Counted from the stretch's first letter, positions 1 to 8,799 are shown. The stretch is 32,000 bases of DNA from Alkalilimnicola ehrlichii MLHE-1 (GCF_000014785.1 NC_008340.1:420001-452000), one strand, 5' to 3'. Program-made: numbers and translations. Notes: generated from the letters alone by a model not told the origin.

Positions 1-1
1 G

Positions 2-115
2 GAGGAGCTGCGCGAGCTCGACCAGGTGGCCTACGTGCGTTTCGCCTCCGTCTACCGCAGCTTCGAGGACGTGTCCGCCTTCCGGGAGGTCATCGAAGGG
101 CTGGAGAAGCGGTAG
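2..115 (+). CDS. nrdR: NrdR transcriptional repressor, C-terminal end (5' part outside window)
   Basis: Frame 2 reads [37 protein letters not shown]. [15 protein letters not shown] is the conserved NrdR C-terminus. nrdR-ribD adjacency is the usual order. Confidence 0.8.
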   Translation, partial: EELRELDQVAYVRFASVYRSFEDVSAFREVIEGLEKR

Positions 116-125
116 CGCGCCCGCC

Positions 126-1235
126 ATGTCCGGTTTCTCCCCCGCCGACAACCTCTTCATGGGCCGGGCCCTGCGCCTGGCCCGCCGCCCGCAGCAGCCG
201 CCCCATCCCAACCCCGCCGTCGGCTGCGTGCTGGTGCGCGACGGGCTTATCGTCGGCGAGGGCTGGCATGAGCGGGCGGGCGAGCCCCACGCGGAGGCCA
301 TGGCCCTGCACCGGGCCGGCGAGCAGGCCAGCGGCGCCACCGCCTACGTCACCCTGGAGCCGTGCAGCCACCACGGCCGCACCCCGCCCTGCAGCGAGGC
401 CCTGCTGGCGGCCGGCGTGGTCCGGGTGGTGGCGGCCATGACCGACCCCAACCCGCAGGTGGCCGGCCGCGGGCTGCGCCGCTTGCGCGCCGCCGGGCTG
501 GAGGTGGCCACCGGCTTGATGGCCGAGCAGGCGGCGGCGCTGAACCCCGGCTTCACCCAGCGGATGCGCACCGGGCGGCCCTGGCTGCGGCTGAAATCGG
601 CGGCCAGTCTCGACGGGCGGACCGCCATGGCCTCCGGCGAGAGCCGCTGGATCACCTCGCCCCAGGCCCGGGCCGACGTCCACCGCTGGCGGGCGCGCAG
701 CGACGCCATGCTCACCGGCATCGGCACCGTGCTGGCGGACGACCCGCGCCTGGATGTCCGCGATGCCGGCATCGAGGCGCCGCGCCAGCCGCGCCGCTGC
801 GTGCTCGACCGCGACCTGCGGACCCCCGCGGACGCGGTCCTGCTCCGCGGCGAGGGCGCGACCCTGTTCCACGGCCCGGACGTGGCCGCCGGACAGATCC
901 GGCGGCTGACCGACGCCGGCGCCCACTGCGTGGCGCTGCCGCTGGCGGACGGGCGCCTGGACCTGGGCGCGGCCCTGGACTGGCTGGGCGGTCAGGGGTG
1001 CAATGAGGTGCTGGTGGAGGCCGGGCCGACCCTGGGCGGGGCCTTGAGCCGCGCCGGTCTGGTGGATGAATGGCTGCTCTACCTGGCGCCCCACCTGATG
1101 GGCGACGCGGCGCGGCCGCTGCTGCACTGGCCGGGGCTGGAGACGATGAGCCAGCGCCAGCCCCTCCGGGTGCAGGACTGCCGCTTGGTGGGGCCGGATC
1201 TGCGGTTGACGCTGCGGCTGGGGAGCGGGACCTGA
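126..1235 (+). CDS. ribD: Bifunctional riboflavin biosynthesis protein RibD (pyrimidine deaminase / uracil reductase)
   Basis: 369-aa ORF. It has the CDA-type zinc motif HAEAMAL ... TLEPCSHHGRTPPC in the N-terminal half and a reductase domain (LKSAASLDGRTA, GDDYELL-type C-terminus). It heads the rib cluster. Confidence 0.94.
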   Translation: MSGFSPADNLFMGRALRLARRPQQPPHPNPAVGCVLVRDGLIVGEGWHERAGEPHAEAMALHRAGEQASGATAYVTLEPCSHHGRTPPCSEALLAAGVVRVVAAMTDPNPQVAGRGLRRLRAAGLEVATGLMAEQAAALNPGFTQRMRTGRPWLRLKSAASLDGRTAMASGESRWITSPQARADVHRWRARSDAMLTGIGTVLADDPRLDVRDAGIEAPRQPRRCVLDRDLRTPADAVLLRGEGATLFHGPDVAAGQIRRLTDAGAHCVALPLADGRLDLGAALDWLGGQGCNEVLVEAGPTLGGALSRAGLVDEWLLYLAPHLMGDAARPLLHWPGLETMSQRQPLRVQDCRLVGPDLRLTLRLGSGT

Positions 1236-1266
1236 TAGACTCGCGGGTTGTTGTGGGAGGGGTGTC

Positions 1267-1932
1267 GTGTTCACCGGGATCGTACAAGCAGTGGGCCGTA
1301 TCCAGCGCCGGGACCCCCGGGGCGAGGACATGCGGTTGTGGATCGCCGCCGGCGATTTGGACCTGACCGGCGTGCGGCTGGGCGACAGCATCGCCGTCAA
1401 CGGCGTCTGTCTCACCGCCGTGGAGCTGACGGCCGATGCCTTCGCCGCCGATGTCTCGGTGGAGACCCTGCGGCTCACCAGCCTGGGTGACCTGGGCGAG
1501 GGCGATGCGCTCAACCTGGAGCTGGCCCTCACCCTGCAGACCCCGCTGGGCGGCCATCTGGTCAGCGGCCACGTGGACGGCCTGGGCGAGGTGGTCTCGC
1601 GCCGCCCCGCCGGGCGCAGCGAGGTCTGGCGCTTCCGCGCCCCCGAGGGGCTGGCCCGCTACATCGCCGCCAAGGGCTCGATCACCGTGGACGGTGTAAG
1701 CCTCACGGTGAACGGGGTGGACGGCGCCGAGTTTGAGGTCAACCTGGTGCCCCACACCCTGGAGGTCACCCGTCTGGGGCAATTGCGCCCGGGCAGCCGG
1801 GTGAACCTCGAGGTGGATATCATCGCCCGCTACCTGGAGCGCCTGCTGACGGCCGGCGGCACGGGTGGTCAGGGCGTGACCCGAGAATTCCTGGAGGCGC
1901 ACGGCTTTGGCCGGGTGCCGGGGAGCAAGTGA
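1267..1932 (+). CDS. ribE: Riboflavin synthase (alpha chain)
   Basis: GTG start preceded by GGGAGGGG. The N-terminus [12 protein letters not shown] and the second repeat [11 protein letters not shown] are typical of riboflavin synthase. The stop TGA directly abuts the ribBA ATG. Confidence 0.93.
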   Translation: MFTGIVQAVGRIQRRDPRGEDMRLWIAAGDLDLTGVRLGDSIAVNGVCLTAVELTADAFAADVSVETLRLTSLGDLGEGDALNLELALTLQTPLGGHLVSGHVDGLGEVVSRRPAGRSEVWRFRAPEGLARYIAAKGSITVDGVSLTVNGVDGAEFEVNLVPHTLEVTRLGQLRPGSRVNLEVDIIARYLERLLTAGGTGGQGVTREFLEAHGFGRVPGSK

Positions 1933-3048
1933 ATGGCGTTCAACAGCATCGACGAGATCATCGAGGACCTGCGCGAAGGGCGCATGGCGGTCATCCTGGA
2001 CGACGAGGACCGGGAGAACGAGGGCGACCTGGTCATGGCGGCCAGCATGGTCCGGCCCGACGACATCAACTTCATGGCCCGCTACGGCCGCGGTCTCATC
2101 TGCCTGACCCTCACCCGCGAGCGCTGCGAGCAGCTCCGGCTGCCGCTCATGGTCCAGGACACCGAGCAGGCCCAGTCCACCAACTTCACCGTCTCCATCG
2201 AGGCCGCCACCGGCGTGACCACCGGCATCTCCGCCGCGGACCGGGCGCGCACCGTGCAGGCCGCGGTGGCGCCGCACGCAAAGCCCGAGGACCTGGTCCA
2301 ACCGGGGCACATCTTCCCGCTCATGGCCCAGCCCGGCGGCGTGCTCACCCGCGCCGGGCACACCGAGGCCGGCTGCGACCTGGCCCGCCTGGCCGGTTTC
2401 GAGCCCTCGGCGGTGATCGTCGAGATCCTCAAAGAGGACGGCACCATGGCCCGGCGCGACGACCTGATGGCCTTCGCCCGCGAGCACAACCTGAAGATCG
2501 GCACGGTCGCCGACCTGATCGCCTACCGCGTCCGCAACGAGCGCTCGGTGGAACGGGTGGGCGAATGCGACCTGCCCACCGAGCACGGCATCTTCCACCT
2601 CTACGCCTACCAGGACAACGTGGACAATGCCCTGCACTTCGCCCTGGTCAAGGGCCGGCCCCAGCCGGACACCCCCACCCTGGTCCGGGTGCACGTCCAG
2701 AACACCCTCTCCGACGTCTTCGCCAGCGATGGGCCGCACTGCGGTTGGCCGCTGCGCGCCGCCATGCGCCAGGTGGCCGAGGCCGGGGAGGGCGTGGTGG
2801 TGGTGCTGCGCCGGCGCGACGACAGCGACGACATCCTCAAGCGCATGCGCGCCTACCAGGTGCAGGCCAGTCAGGCCGACGAGAGCGAGGAGGCGCGCTC
2901 CAGCAGTGATCTGCGCACCTACGGCCTGGGCGCGCAGATCCTCACCGACGTGGGCGTGCGCCGTATGCGCGTACTGTCCGCCCCCAAGCGTATGCACGCC
3001 ATTTCCGGCTTCGGCATGGAAGTGGTGGAATACGTAGAGCCTGAATAG
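1933..3048 (+). CDS. ribBA: 3,4-dihydroxy-2-butanone-4-phosphate synthase fused to a degenerate GTP cyclohydrolase II-like domain (RibBX type)
   Basis: The N-terminal DHBP synthase motifs are present ([28 protein letters not shown]). The C-terminal half aligns to RibA (LVRVH...), but two of the three zinc cysteines are replaced. Confidence 0.92.
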   Translation: MAFNSIDEIIEDLREGRMAVILDDEDRENEGDLVMAASMVRPDDINFMARYGRGLICLTLTRERCEQLRLPLMVQDTEQAQSTNFTVSIEAATGVTTGISAADRARTVQAAVAPHAKPEDLVQPGHIFPLMAQPGGVLTRAGHTEAGCDLARLAGFEPSAVIVEILKEDGTMARRDDLMAFAREHNLKIGTVADLIAYRVRNERSVERVGECDLPTEHGIFHLYAYQDNVDNALHFALVKGRPQPDTPTLVRVHVQNTLSDVFASDGPHCGWPLRAAMRQVAEAGEGVVVVLRRRDDSDDILKRMRAYQVQASQADESEEARSSSDLRTYGLGAQILTDVGVRRMRVLSAPKRMHAISGFGMEVVEYVEPE

Positions 3049-3060
3049 ACGGAACGGCCC

Positions 3061-3531
3061 ATGAATATCATCGAAGGCGACTTTCAGAATCCCGGATCGG
3101 CCCGCTTCGCCATCGTGGCGGCGCGGTTCAACGACTTCGTGGTCGGCCACCTGGTGGAAGGGGCGGCCGACGCCCTGCGCCGCCACGGCGTGCCCGACGA
3201 CCACATCGACCTGATCCGCGTGCCCGGGTCGTTTGAGCTGCCGCTGGCGGTGCAACAGACCGCCGAGGCCGGCCGCTACAGCGCCGTCATCGCCCTCGGC
3301 GCGGTGATCCGCGGCGGCACCCCCCACTTTGAGTACGTGGCCTCGGAGTGCACCAAGGGCGTGGCCGCCACCATGATGGACACCGGCCTGCCCATCGCCT
3401 TCGGCGTGCTGACCGTGGACACCATCGAACAGGCCATCGAGCGCTCCGGCACCAAGGCCGGCAACAAGGGGGCCGAGGCCGCCCTGTCGGCGCTGGAGAT
3501 GGTCTCGCTGATGAAGAAGCTGGCGGAATGA
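3061..3531 (+). CDS. ribH: 6,7-dimethyl-8-ribityllumazine synthase
   Basis: 156 aa. [36 protein letters not shown] and GVLT are lumazine synthase hallmarks. Confidence 0.95.
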   Translation: MNIIEGDFQNPGSARFAIVAARFNDFVVGHLVEGAADALRRHGVPDDHIDLIRVPGSFELPLAVQQTAEAGRYSAVIALGAVIRGGTPHFEYVASECTKGVAATMMDTGLPIAFGVLTVDTIEQAIERSGTKAGNKGAEAALSALEMVSLMKKLAE

Positions 3532-4064
3532 GCACATCGGAGTCCCCCAACACCCCCGGCCAGGGCCGCCGCGCCCGCGCCCGGGCCCGTGAACTGGCCC
3601 TGCTGGCCCTCTATCAGTGGCAGATGACCGGCCAGGACCTGGGCGCCATCGAGGCCCAGCACCTGGAGATCGACCCGGAGGAGCCGCCGGTGGAGGCGGG
3701 CGACGACGAGCACTACCCGCGCTATCCCCACGACGGCCTGGACCGGCCCTATTTCCGGGCCCTGCTCCACGGCGTGCCCGCCCGGCTCAACGACCTGGAC
3801 CAGGCGCTGGAGCCGCTGCTCGACCGCCCGCTGCGCACCCTCGACCCGCTGGAGAAGGCGCTGCTGCGCCTGGGTGCCTGGGAACTGTCCGAGCGCATGG
3901 ACACCCCCTGGCGGGTGATCATCAACGAGGCGGTCAACCTGGCCAAGCGCTTCGGCGCCGAGCAGAGCCACCGCTACATCAACGGCGTACTGGACAAGCT
4001 CGCCCGCGGCCTGCCCCTGCGCGCCACCGAGATCGAGGCCGACCGCAAACGCCGGGGGCGCTGA
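3528..4064 (+). CDS. nusB: Transcription antitermination factor NusB
   Basis: ATG at 3528 overlaps the ribH stop (ATGA). [17 protein letters not shown] and [23 protein letters not shown] are NusB motifs. The track ORF start at 3348 lies inside ribH and is not used. Confidence 0.92.
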   Translation: MSTSESPNTPGQGRRARARARELALLALYQWQMTGQDLGAIEAQHLEIDPEEPPVEAGDDEHYPRYPHDGLDRPYFRALLHGVPARLNDLDQALEPLLDRPLRTLDPLEKALLRLGAWELSERMDTPWRVIINEAVNLAKRFGAEQSHRYINGVLDKLARGLPLRATEIEADRKRRGR

Positions 4065-4205
4065 CCATGCCCCTCCCACCCGCCGCCGAGCGCACCCCCA
4101 TCCACCGCCGCCAGATCGAGTGCGACGGCTATCGGCGCGAGGCTGGCGAAGCGGTCCAGGTGCTGTACCCGCGCCACTTCCGCCCCGAGGAGTGAGGCCC
4201 GGCGG

Positions 4206-5171
4206 ATGGACGAATTTCAACTCATCCGCAGCTACTTCCAGCCCGACGCCAGGGGCGAGGGCGTGGTGTTGGGGGTGGGTGACGACGCCGCCCTGCTGCA
4301 GCCCGCCCCGGGCCAACTGCTGGTCACCTGCGTGGACACCCTGGTGGCCGGCGTGCACTTCCCCGAAGACGCCCCGCCGGACGCCGTCGGCCACAAGGCC
4401 CTGGCGGTGAACCTCAGCGACCTGGCCGCCATGGGCGCCCGCCCCCGCTGGTTCCAGTTGGCGCTCACCCTCCCGGAGATCGACGAGGCCTGGCTGGCGG
4501 CCTTCTCCAGCGGCCTGCACCGCCTGGCCGCCGAGCAGGACGTGGCCCTGGTCGGCGGCGACACCACCCGCGGGCCCCTCACCATCACGGTCCAGGCCAT
4601 GGGCGAGGTGGCGCCCGCGCAGGCATTGCGCCGGACCGGCGCCCGCGCCGGCGACCGGCTCTACGTGACCGGCACCCTGGGTGATGCCGCCCAGGGGCTG
4701 GCCCTGTGGCAGCGGGGCGTGCGGTCTGCCGGCGGAGATGACCCGGCCGGCTTTCTGATCGACCGGCTGCACCGCCCCACCCCCCGGATGGCCGCAGGCC
4801 GCGCGGCGGCGGGCCTGGCTCGGGCCGCCATCGATATCTCCGACGGCCTGCTCGCGGACCTGGGGCACCTGTTGGAAGGTGGCGAAGGGCTGGGGGCCGT
4901 GCTGCAGGCCGACAGCCTGCCGCTCTCGCCCGCGTACCGCGCGCACTGCGAAGACTCTTTACCGGGGCGGGCGGCCCTGTCCGGGGGCGACGACTACGAG
5001 TTGCTGTTTGCGGTGGCCCCCGAGAACGAGGCGGCATTCCAAACGGCCCTGCAACATGTGCCGGCTGGATGCACCTGCATTGGCTGGATCACCGAGGATT
5101 CGGCGATTACCCTGCAAGGGGACGGAAAGGCGCAGGTCCTGACCCGCCAGGGGTATCAGCACTTCAACTAG
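4206..5171 (+). CDS. thiL: Thiamine-monophosphate kinase
   Basis: 321 aa. MDEFQLIRSYF, GVGDDAALL, AVNLSDLAAMGA, GGDTTRGPL, DISDGL and GGDDYELLF are AIR-synthase-fold ThiL motifs. It sits downstream of nusB as usual. Confidence 0.93.
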   Translation: MDEFQLIRSYFQPDARGEGVVLGVGDDAALLQPAPGQLLVTCVDTLVAGVHFPEDAPPDAVGHKALAVNLSDLAAMGARPRWFQLALTLPEIDEAWLAAFSSGLHRLAAEQDVALVGGDTTRGPLTITVQAMGEVAPAQALRRTGARAGDRLYVTGTLGDAAQGLALWQRGVRSAGGDDPAGFLIDRLHRPTPRMAAGRAAAGLARAAIDISDGLLADLGHLLEGGEGLGAVLQADSLPLSPAYRAHCEDSLPGRAALSGGDDYELLFAVAPENEAAFQTALQHVPAGCTCIGWITEDSAITLQGDGKAQVLTRQGYQHFN

Positions 5172-5208
5172 CCGGCCGGGGTGGCCGGCCCCAAGCCAAT
5201 CGGACGGC

Positions 5209-5850
5209 ATGATTCGAAGCCTCATATACGACACCCTCATCCTCAGGCTCACCTCCCGGTGGTATGCCGAGGTGCTTGATCGCCTGCCTGAAGACGCGAC
5301 CCTGCTGGATGTAGGTATCGGCACCGCCGGTGCGCTGCTGGCAAACGCGGACCGGGTCGTGCAAAAACGGCTGCGCATCACCGGCATCGACATCGACACC
5401 GACTACGTGGACCGCGCCCGCAGCCGGATTCGCGATTCCGCCCTGGCCGATCGCGTCGGCGTGCAACTGGAGTCCGTCTACGACCACCAGGGCGGCCCCT
5501 ACGACGCGGTCTACTTCTCCGGCAGTTTTATGCTGCTACCGGAGCCCGAGCAGGCGCTGCGCCACTGCGCCTCGCTGCTGAAACCGGACGGGCGCATCTA
5601 CTTCACCCAGACCATCCAGAAGCGGCCCAGCCGGTGGATGGAAACCCTTAAGCCGATGCTGAAGCGGGTCACCACCATCGACTTCGGCCGAGTGACCTAC
5701 GAGGACGAATTCAGGGCGGAGATTCGGGCGGCCGGGTTGGCGTTGGAGGAATTTACCCTGTTGGCACACCACGGCAGTCGTGCGTCTTGCATCGCGGTCG
5801 CGCGGCCAGCGCATGCATCAGGACCGTGGCCAACCCACCAACGCCCTTAG
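5209..5850 (+). CDS. Class I SAM-dependent methyltransferase (substrate unknown)
   Basis: 213 aa with host-like GC. It has a motif I-like LLDVGIGTAG, an acidic GIDID loop and a post-I/II region (VYFSGSFMLLPEP, LLKPDGRIYF). It lies between thiL and the island, so its last codons may be affected by the island junction. Confidence 0.65.
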   Translation: MIRSLIYDTLILRLTSRWYAEVLDRLPEDATLLDVGIGTAGALLANADRVVQKRLRITGIDIDTDYVDRARSRIRDSALADRVGVQLESVYDHQGGPYDAVYFSGSFMLLPEPEQALRHCASLLKPDGRIYFTQTIQKRPSRWMETLKPMLKRVTTIDFGRVTYEDEFRAEIRAAGLALEEFTLLAHHGSRASCIAVARPAHASGPWPTHQRP

Positions 5851-6027
5851 TGGATTCGCACAGAAGAGCGCGCTAGGTTTGGTGTAAACCAAGTACCAGC
5901 CCCGCTGCCGCCCCGACCGCCTGGAGAAGTGCACGAGCGGCAATGTAGGCCGAAACCATGAATGCCCCCAAGTGCGCCACCTCGCCACGTAACGCCGCGC
6001 CTTTCCGATATGGAAGTGACACCCCCA

Positions 6028-6233
6028 AAGGCAAGACCGGCAAGGCCGACTGGGCGCTGAGCCTGATCGGCAAGCTCTACCGCATCGAACGCGAGGGCAA
6101 GCCCCTCGATGCCGACGGCTGCCTGGCGCTGCGCCGGCCGCTGATCGACAAACTCCAGCGCTGGCTAGAGAAGTCCATCACCCAGGTGCCGCCGAAGACC
6201 GCCATCCGGCCCTTCGTGGTGGGCCGAAAAAAA
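6028..6233 (+). pseudogene. Relic of an IS66-family transposase (TnpC) C-terminal region, internally deleted and truncated
   Basis: It translates to KGKTGKADWALSLIGKLYRIEREGKPLD...PLIDKLQRWLEKSITQVPPKTAI/RPFVVGRK. This is near-identical to the TnpC segment encoded on the opposite strand at 6689-7008, but it lacks 36 codons and both ends. Confidence 0.8.
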
Positions 6234-6456
6234 CCGCCTCAGATGGTGATGCGCTAACACCGCAAAGTAGGCCGGCCGCACCGAGCAGCAGGCCGATGAC
6301 CAGCACCGTGCCGATGGGCGTCGCCCACGCCTGCTGGACCACCGGGGCCTGTTCCCCCAGCCATACGCGCCCGTCGCCACCACTGAAAGGCACCGGCCTG
6401 GTCCGGCTGAGGCTCCGGCTGACCACCATCGATCCCACGTAGGGCCTTCGATAAGG

Positions 6457-8029
6457 GTAAGCGGTCCACCCCGCCCACTTACCGAGCTCGGTCTCAGGCC
6501 TGTATGGTCTTCCCCCAGTTCCAGGGCAGCAGGGCTTGAATCGCCTGGTCGGTGTCCGCAGCCGGCAGGCGGGTGAGGACATCTTCCAAGTACTCGTAGG
6601 GCTCCAGCCCGTTGGCCTTGGCCGTCTCTATCACGCTGTAGATCATCGCGCTGGCCGCCGCGCCCTGGGTGGTGTGACTGAATAGCCAGTTTTTTCGGCC
6701 CACTACGAAAGGCCGGATGGCGTTCTCCGCCGGATTGTTATCCAGCGGGATGCGCCCATCATCGAGAAAGCGGGTCAGCCGGGGCCACTGGGTCTGGAGG
6801 TAGCGTAGGGCCTTGCCGATGGCGGTCTTCGGCGGCACCTGGGTGATGGACTTCTCCAGCCAGCGCTGGAGTTTATCGATCAGCGGCCGGCTCTGCTGCT
6901 GACGCAGTACCAGACGATCCTCCGGGTCCAGGGTTTTGCCTTCGCGTTCGACGCGGTAGAGCTTGCCGATCAGACTCAGCGCCCAGTCGGCCTTGCCGGT
7001 CTTGCCCTTGGGCTGGACCTTCTGGGCCTCGACAAACTTCCGCCGGGCATGCGCCCAGCAGCCGGCATGGGTGATGCCATTCTCCCGCACCACCTGGGCA
7101 TAGCCCTCGTAGCCGTCGGTAACCAGCACGCCGGCATAGTCGCCGAGCAGGCGCTGGGGGACCCGGCCGGAGCGGCTGGTGTCGTAGTCGTAGCGCACCA
7201 CCTGCTCACCGGGCGGACCACCGCGCTGGACCCACATGTAGGAGGTGCTGGAGGCCGTTCGCCCCGGCTCGGTGTTCACCTGGACCGTGGTCTCATCCAT
7301 GTGGATGAGCGGCTGGGCCAGTAGATGGTCCTGCAGGGCCTGCCCCAGCGGGGTGAGCAGCTCGCCGACGCCCACCATCCAGCGCGCCAGGGTGTTACGC
7401 GGCAGCGGGATGCCCTTGCGCTCGAAGCCCTTGGCCTGGCGGTAGAGCGGCAGCCCGTATTCGTACTTGGCGGTGGCGATGTAGGCCAGCAATCCGGGGC
7501 TGGCCATGCTCCGGGGCAGCGGTTGGGGCGGCATGCTTGCGGTGTGCACGCCTTCTTCGCAGCATCTGCAGGCGTACTTGCGGCGGATGTGGCGGCGGAC
7601 CTGCACCCGGGCGGGGATGACATCCAGTTGCTCGGTGACCTCTTCGCCGATGCAGGTCAGCTCGCTGCCGTCATGCGGGCAGTAGCGCTGTGCCTCGGGG
7701 ATATCGTGCACCACCTCGACCCGCGGCAGTTCCGCGGGCAGCCGCACGCGGCCGCCACGGTTCCGGCGCTTGGCCGGCACGCTCGGGGCCGTCTCGCCGG
7801 CTTGAGCGGCCTCTGCCTCCGGTTCGGTGACCGGTGCATCGGCATACTGCTCGGCCTCGTCGAACTGCAGTTGCTGCTGATCGACGTGGTAGCGTTCGGT
7901 GGAGGGGCCGAAACGGCTGTCGAGCAGCAGCCGGATCTGCTCGAACATGGAGCACTCGCGGGCAGCCCAGTGGGCTTCCTTGGTGGCCAACAGGGCGTCC
8001 TTTTCGGCGAGCTTTTTCTCCAGCTCAGC
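6457..8029 (-). mobile_element. IS66-family element, 5'-truncated (tnpC only; one terminal inverted repeat retained)
   Basis: The terminal GTAAGCGG... at 6457, 37 bp beyond the tnpC stop (6494), matches the GTAAGCG-type IS66 end. No matching ...CGCTTAC end, tnpA or tnpB is present on the other side, where the coding frame runs directly into intI sequence near 8030. Confidence 0.75.
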
Positions 8030-8578
8030 GACCTGACGCTGCAGGGGCGTGATCAACTCGTCGGCCAGTGTGACGACCCGATCCTTGCCACCCTTTCCCC
8101 GACGAACGAAGACGGCCCGGTGCCTGAAATCGACATCTTTCACTCTCAGTCGAACACTCTCCAGAAGCCGAAGTCCCGAGCCGTACTGCAGGCAGGCGAT
8201 CAACCAGTACGCCCCGGAGAGATTTGCAAGCAGCCGGGAGACCTCGTCGCGACTCAGTACAACCGGGAGCCGTTCCCGCCGTTTCGCTCGTACTGTGCCG
8301 CCAATCTCCCCGAGTGGTTGCTCAAGGACCTTCGAATACAGAAAGACCAGCGCGTTCAGTGCCTGATTCTGCGTCGCTGGGGCGACATGCCGCTCGACGG
8401 CCAGGTCGGTGAGAAACGCCCTCACCTGTGCCGCGCCCATCTCCCCCGGATGGCGCTTTCCGTGAAACAGGATATAGCGGCGAATCCATGTCAGATAGGC
8501 TTGTTCAGTGCGGATGCTATAGTGCCGAACCCGGATGGCATCACGTACCTGATCGAGAAACGGCGATCGTCTAGCCAT
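6494..8578 (-). CDS. Chimeric ORF: integron integrase N-terminal ~183 aa fused in frame to IS66 TnpC (~511 aa)
   Basis: ATG at 8578 is preceded by GGAGGAG. The IntI-like part ends near ...LITPLQRQV. From AELEKKLAEKDALL onward it reads as IS66 TnpC (RFGPSTER, zinc-finger CPHDGSEL...ACRCCEEG, DETTVQV, VTDGYEGY, CWAHARRKF, NPAENAIRPFVVGRKNWLF). The 55 codons upstream of this ATG in the track ORF are not supported. Confidence 0.7.
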   Translation of the reverse strand: MARRSPFLDQVRDAIRVRHYSIRTEQAYLTWIRRYILFHGKRHPGEMGAAQVRAFLTDLAVERHVAPATQNQALNALVFLYSKVLEQPLGEIGGTVRAKRRERLPVVLSRDEVSRLLANLSGAYWLIACLQYGSGLRLLESVRLRVKDVDFRHRAVFVRRGKGGKDRVVTLADELITPLQRQVAELEKKLAEKDALLATKEAHWAARECSMFEQIRLLLDSRFGPSTERYHVDQQQLQFDEAEQYADAPVTEPEAEAAQAGETAPSVPAKRRNRGGRVRLPAELPRVEVVHDIPEAQRYCPHDGSELTCIGEEVTEQLDVIPARVQVRRHIRRKYACRCCEEGVHTASMPPQPLPRSMASPGLLAYIATAKYEYGLPLYRQAKGFERKGIPLPRNTLARWMVGVGELLTPLGQALQDHLLAQPLIHMDETTVQVNTEPGRTASSTSYMWVQRGGPPGEQVVRYDYDTSRSGRVPQRLLGDYAGVLVTDGYEGYAQVVRENGITHAGCWAHARRKFVEAQKVQPKGKTGKADWALSLIGKLYRVEREGKTLDPEDRLVLRQQQSRPLIDKLQRWLEKSITQVPPKTAIGKALRYLQTQWPRLTRFLDDGRIPLDNNPAENAIRPFVVGRKNWLFSHTTQGAAASAMIYSVIETAKANGLEPYEYLEDVLTRLPAADTDQAIQALLPWNWGKTIQA
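8030..8578 (-). pseudogene. intI: Integron integrase, truncated (catalytic C-terminal half missing)
   Basis: LDQVRDAIRVRHYSIRTEQAYLTWIRRYILFHGKRHPGEMGAAQVRAFLTDLAVERHVAPATQNQALNALVFLY ... LQYGSGLRLLESVRLRVKDVDF ... RRGKGGKDR aligns along its length with IntI1-type integrases. It is divergent from an attI/attC cassette array. The second Arg, the His residues and the Tyr nucleophile are absent. Confidence 0.8.
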
Positions 8579-8597
8579 GGCGGCTCCTCCCTGAGTG

Positions 8598-8613
8598 CTG
8601 TATTTATATACAC
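8598..8613 (-). promoter_or_regulatory. LexA-box-like palindrome upstream of intI
   Basis: CTGTATTTATATACAC fits CTGT-N8-ACAG with an AT-only spacer and one mismatch (final C instead of G). It lies 20-35 nt upstream of the intI ATG, where SOS boxes of integron integrase promoters are found. Confidence 0.45.
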
Positions 8614-8799
8614 TAGCGTGAGACCTAGGGGTACGCAACCGGAGATGGGCGGACGCGTTCCCTCTATCGTGCAGGGTCCGGCCGCTTGGGGAAGCCTGCT
8701 GCGCAAAGCCAACTTGCTGGGTGGATGGAGAAATTACCGGCACACAGCGGTCTGTGGCACGCTAGGTCCGTGCGTGGAAAGGTGGCCTCCGTCCGTGTT

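Noticed and set aside
1236-1266. FMN riboswitch upstream of rib genes.
   Set aside because: All rib intergenic gaps in the window are 32 nt or shorter, far too short for an FMN (RFN) element. If one exists, it lies upstream of nrdR/ribD outside the window or at another locus.
712-3537. 941-aa minus-strand ORF antisense to ribD-ribE-ribBA-ribH. Similar long antisense or out-of-frame ORFs occur at 90-1532, 3276-4946, 15745-18618, 19769-21202, 21258-22505, 22261-23709, 26042-29203 and 30311-31645.
   Set aside because: These are typical stop-codon-poor shadow frames of ~70% GC DNA. The translations are low-complexity Arg/Gly/Ala/Pro strings with no motifs. Each lies opposite a gene with clear, conserved family signatures.
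6178-6582. 134-aa minus-strand ORF across the IS66 end and the debris region (also 6254-6478).
   Set aside because: Its 5' part is antisense to the IS66 terminus and its 3' part is antisense to the IS66 relic. Only the middle ~70 codons could derive from a former gene; see the debris finding.
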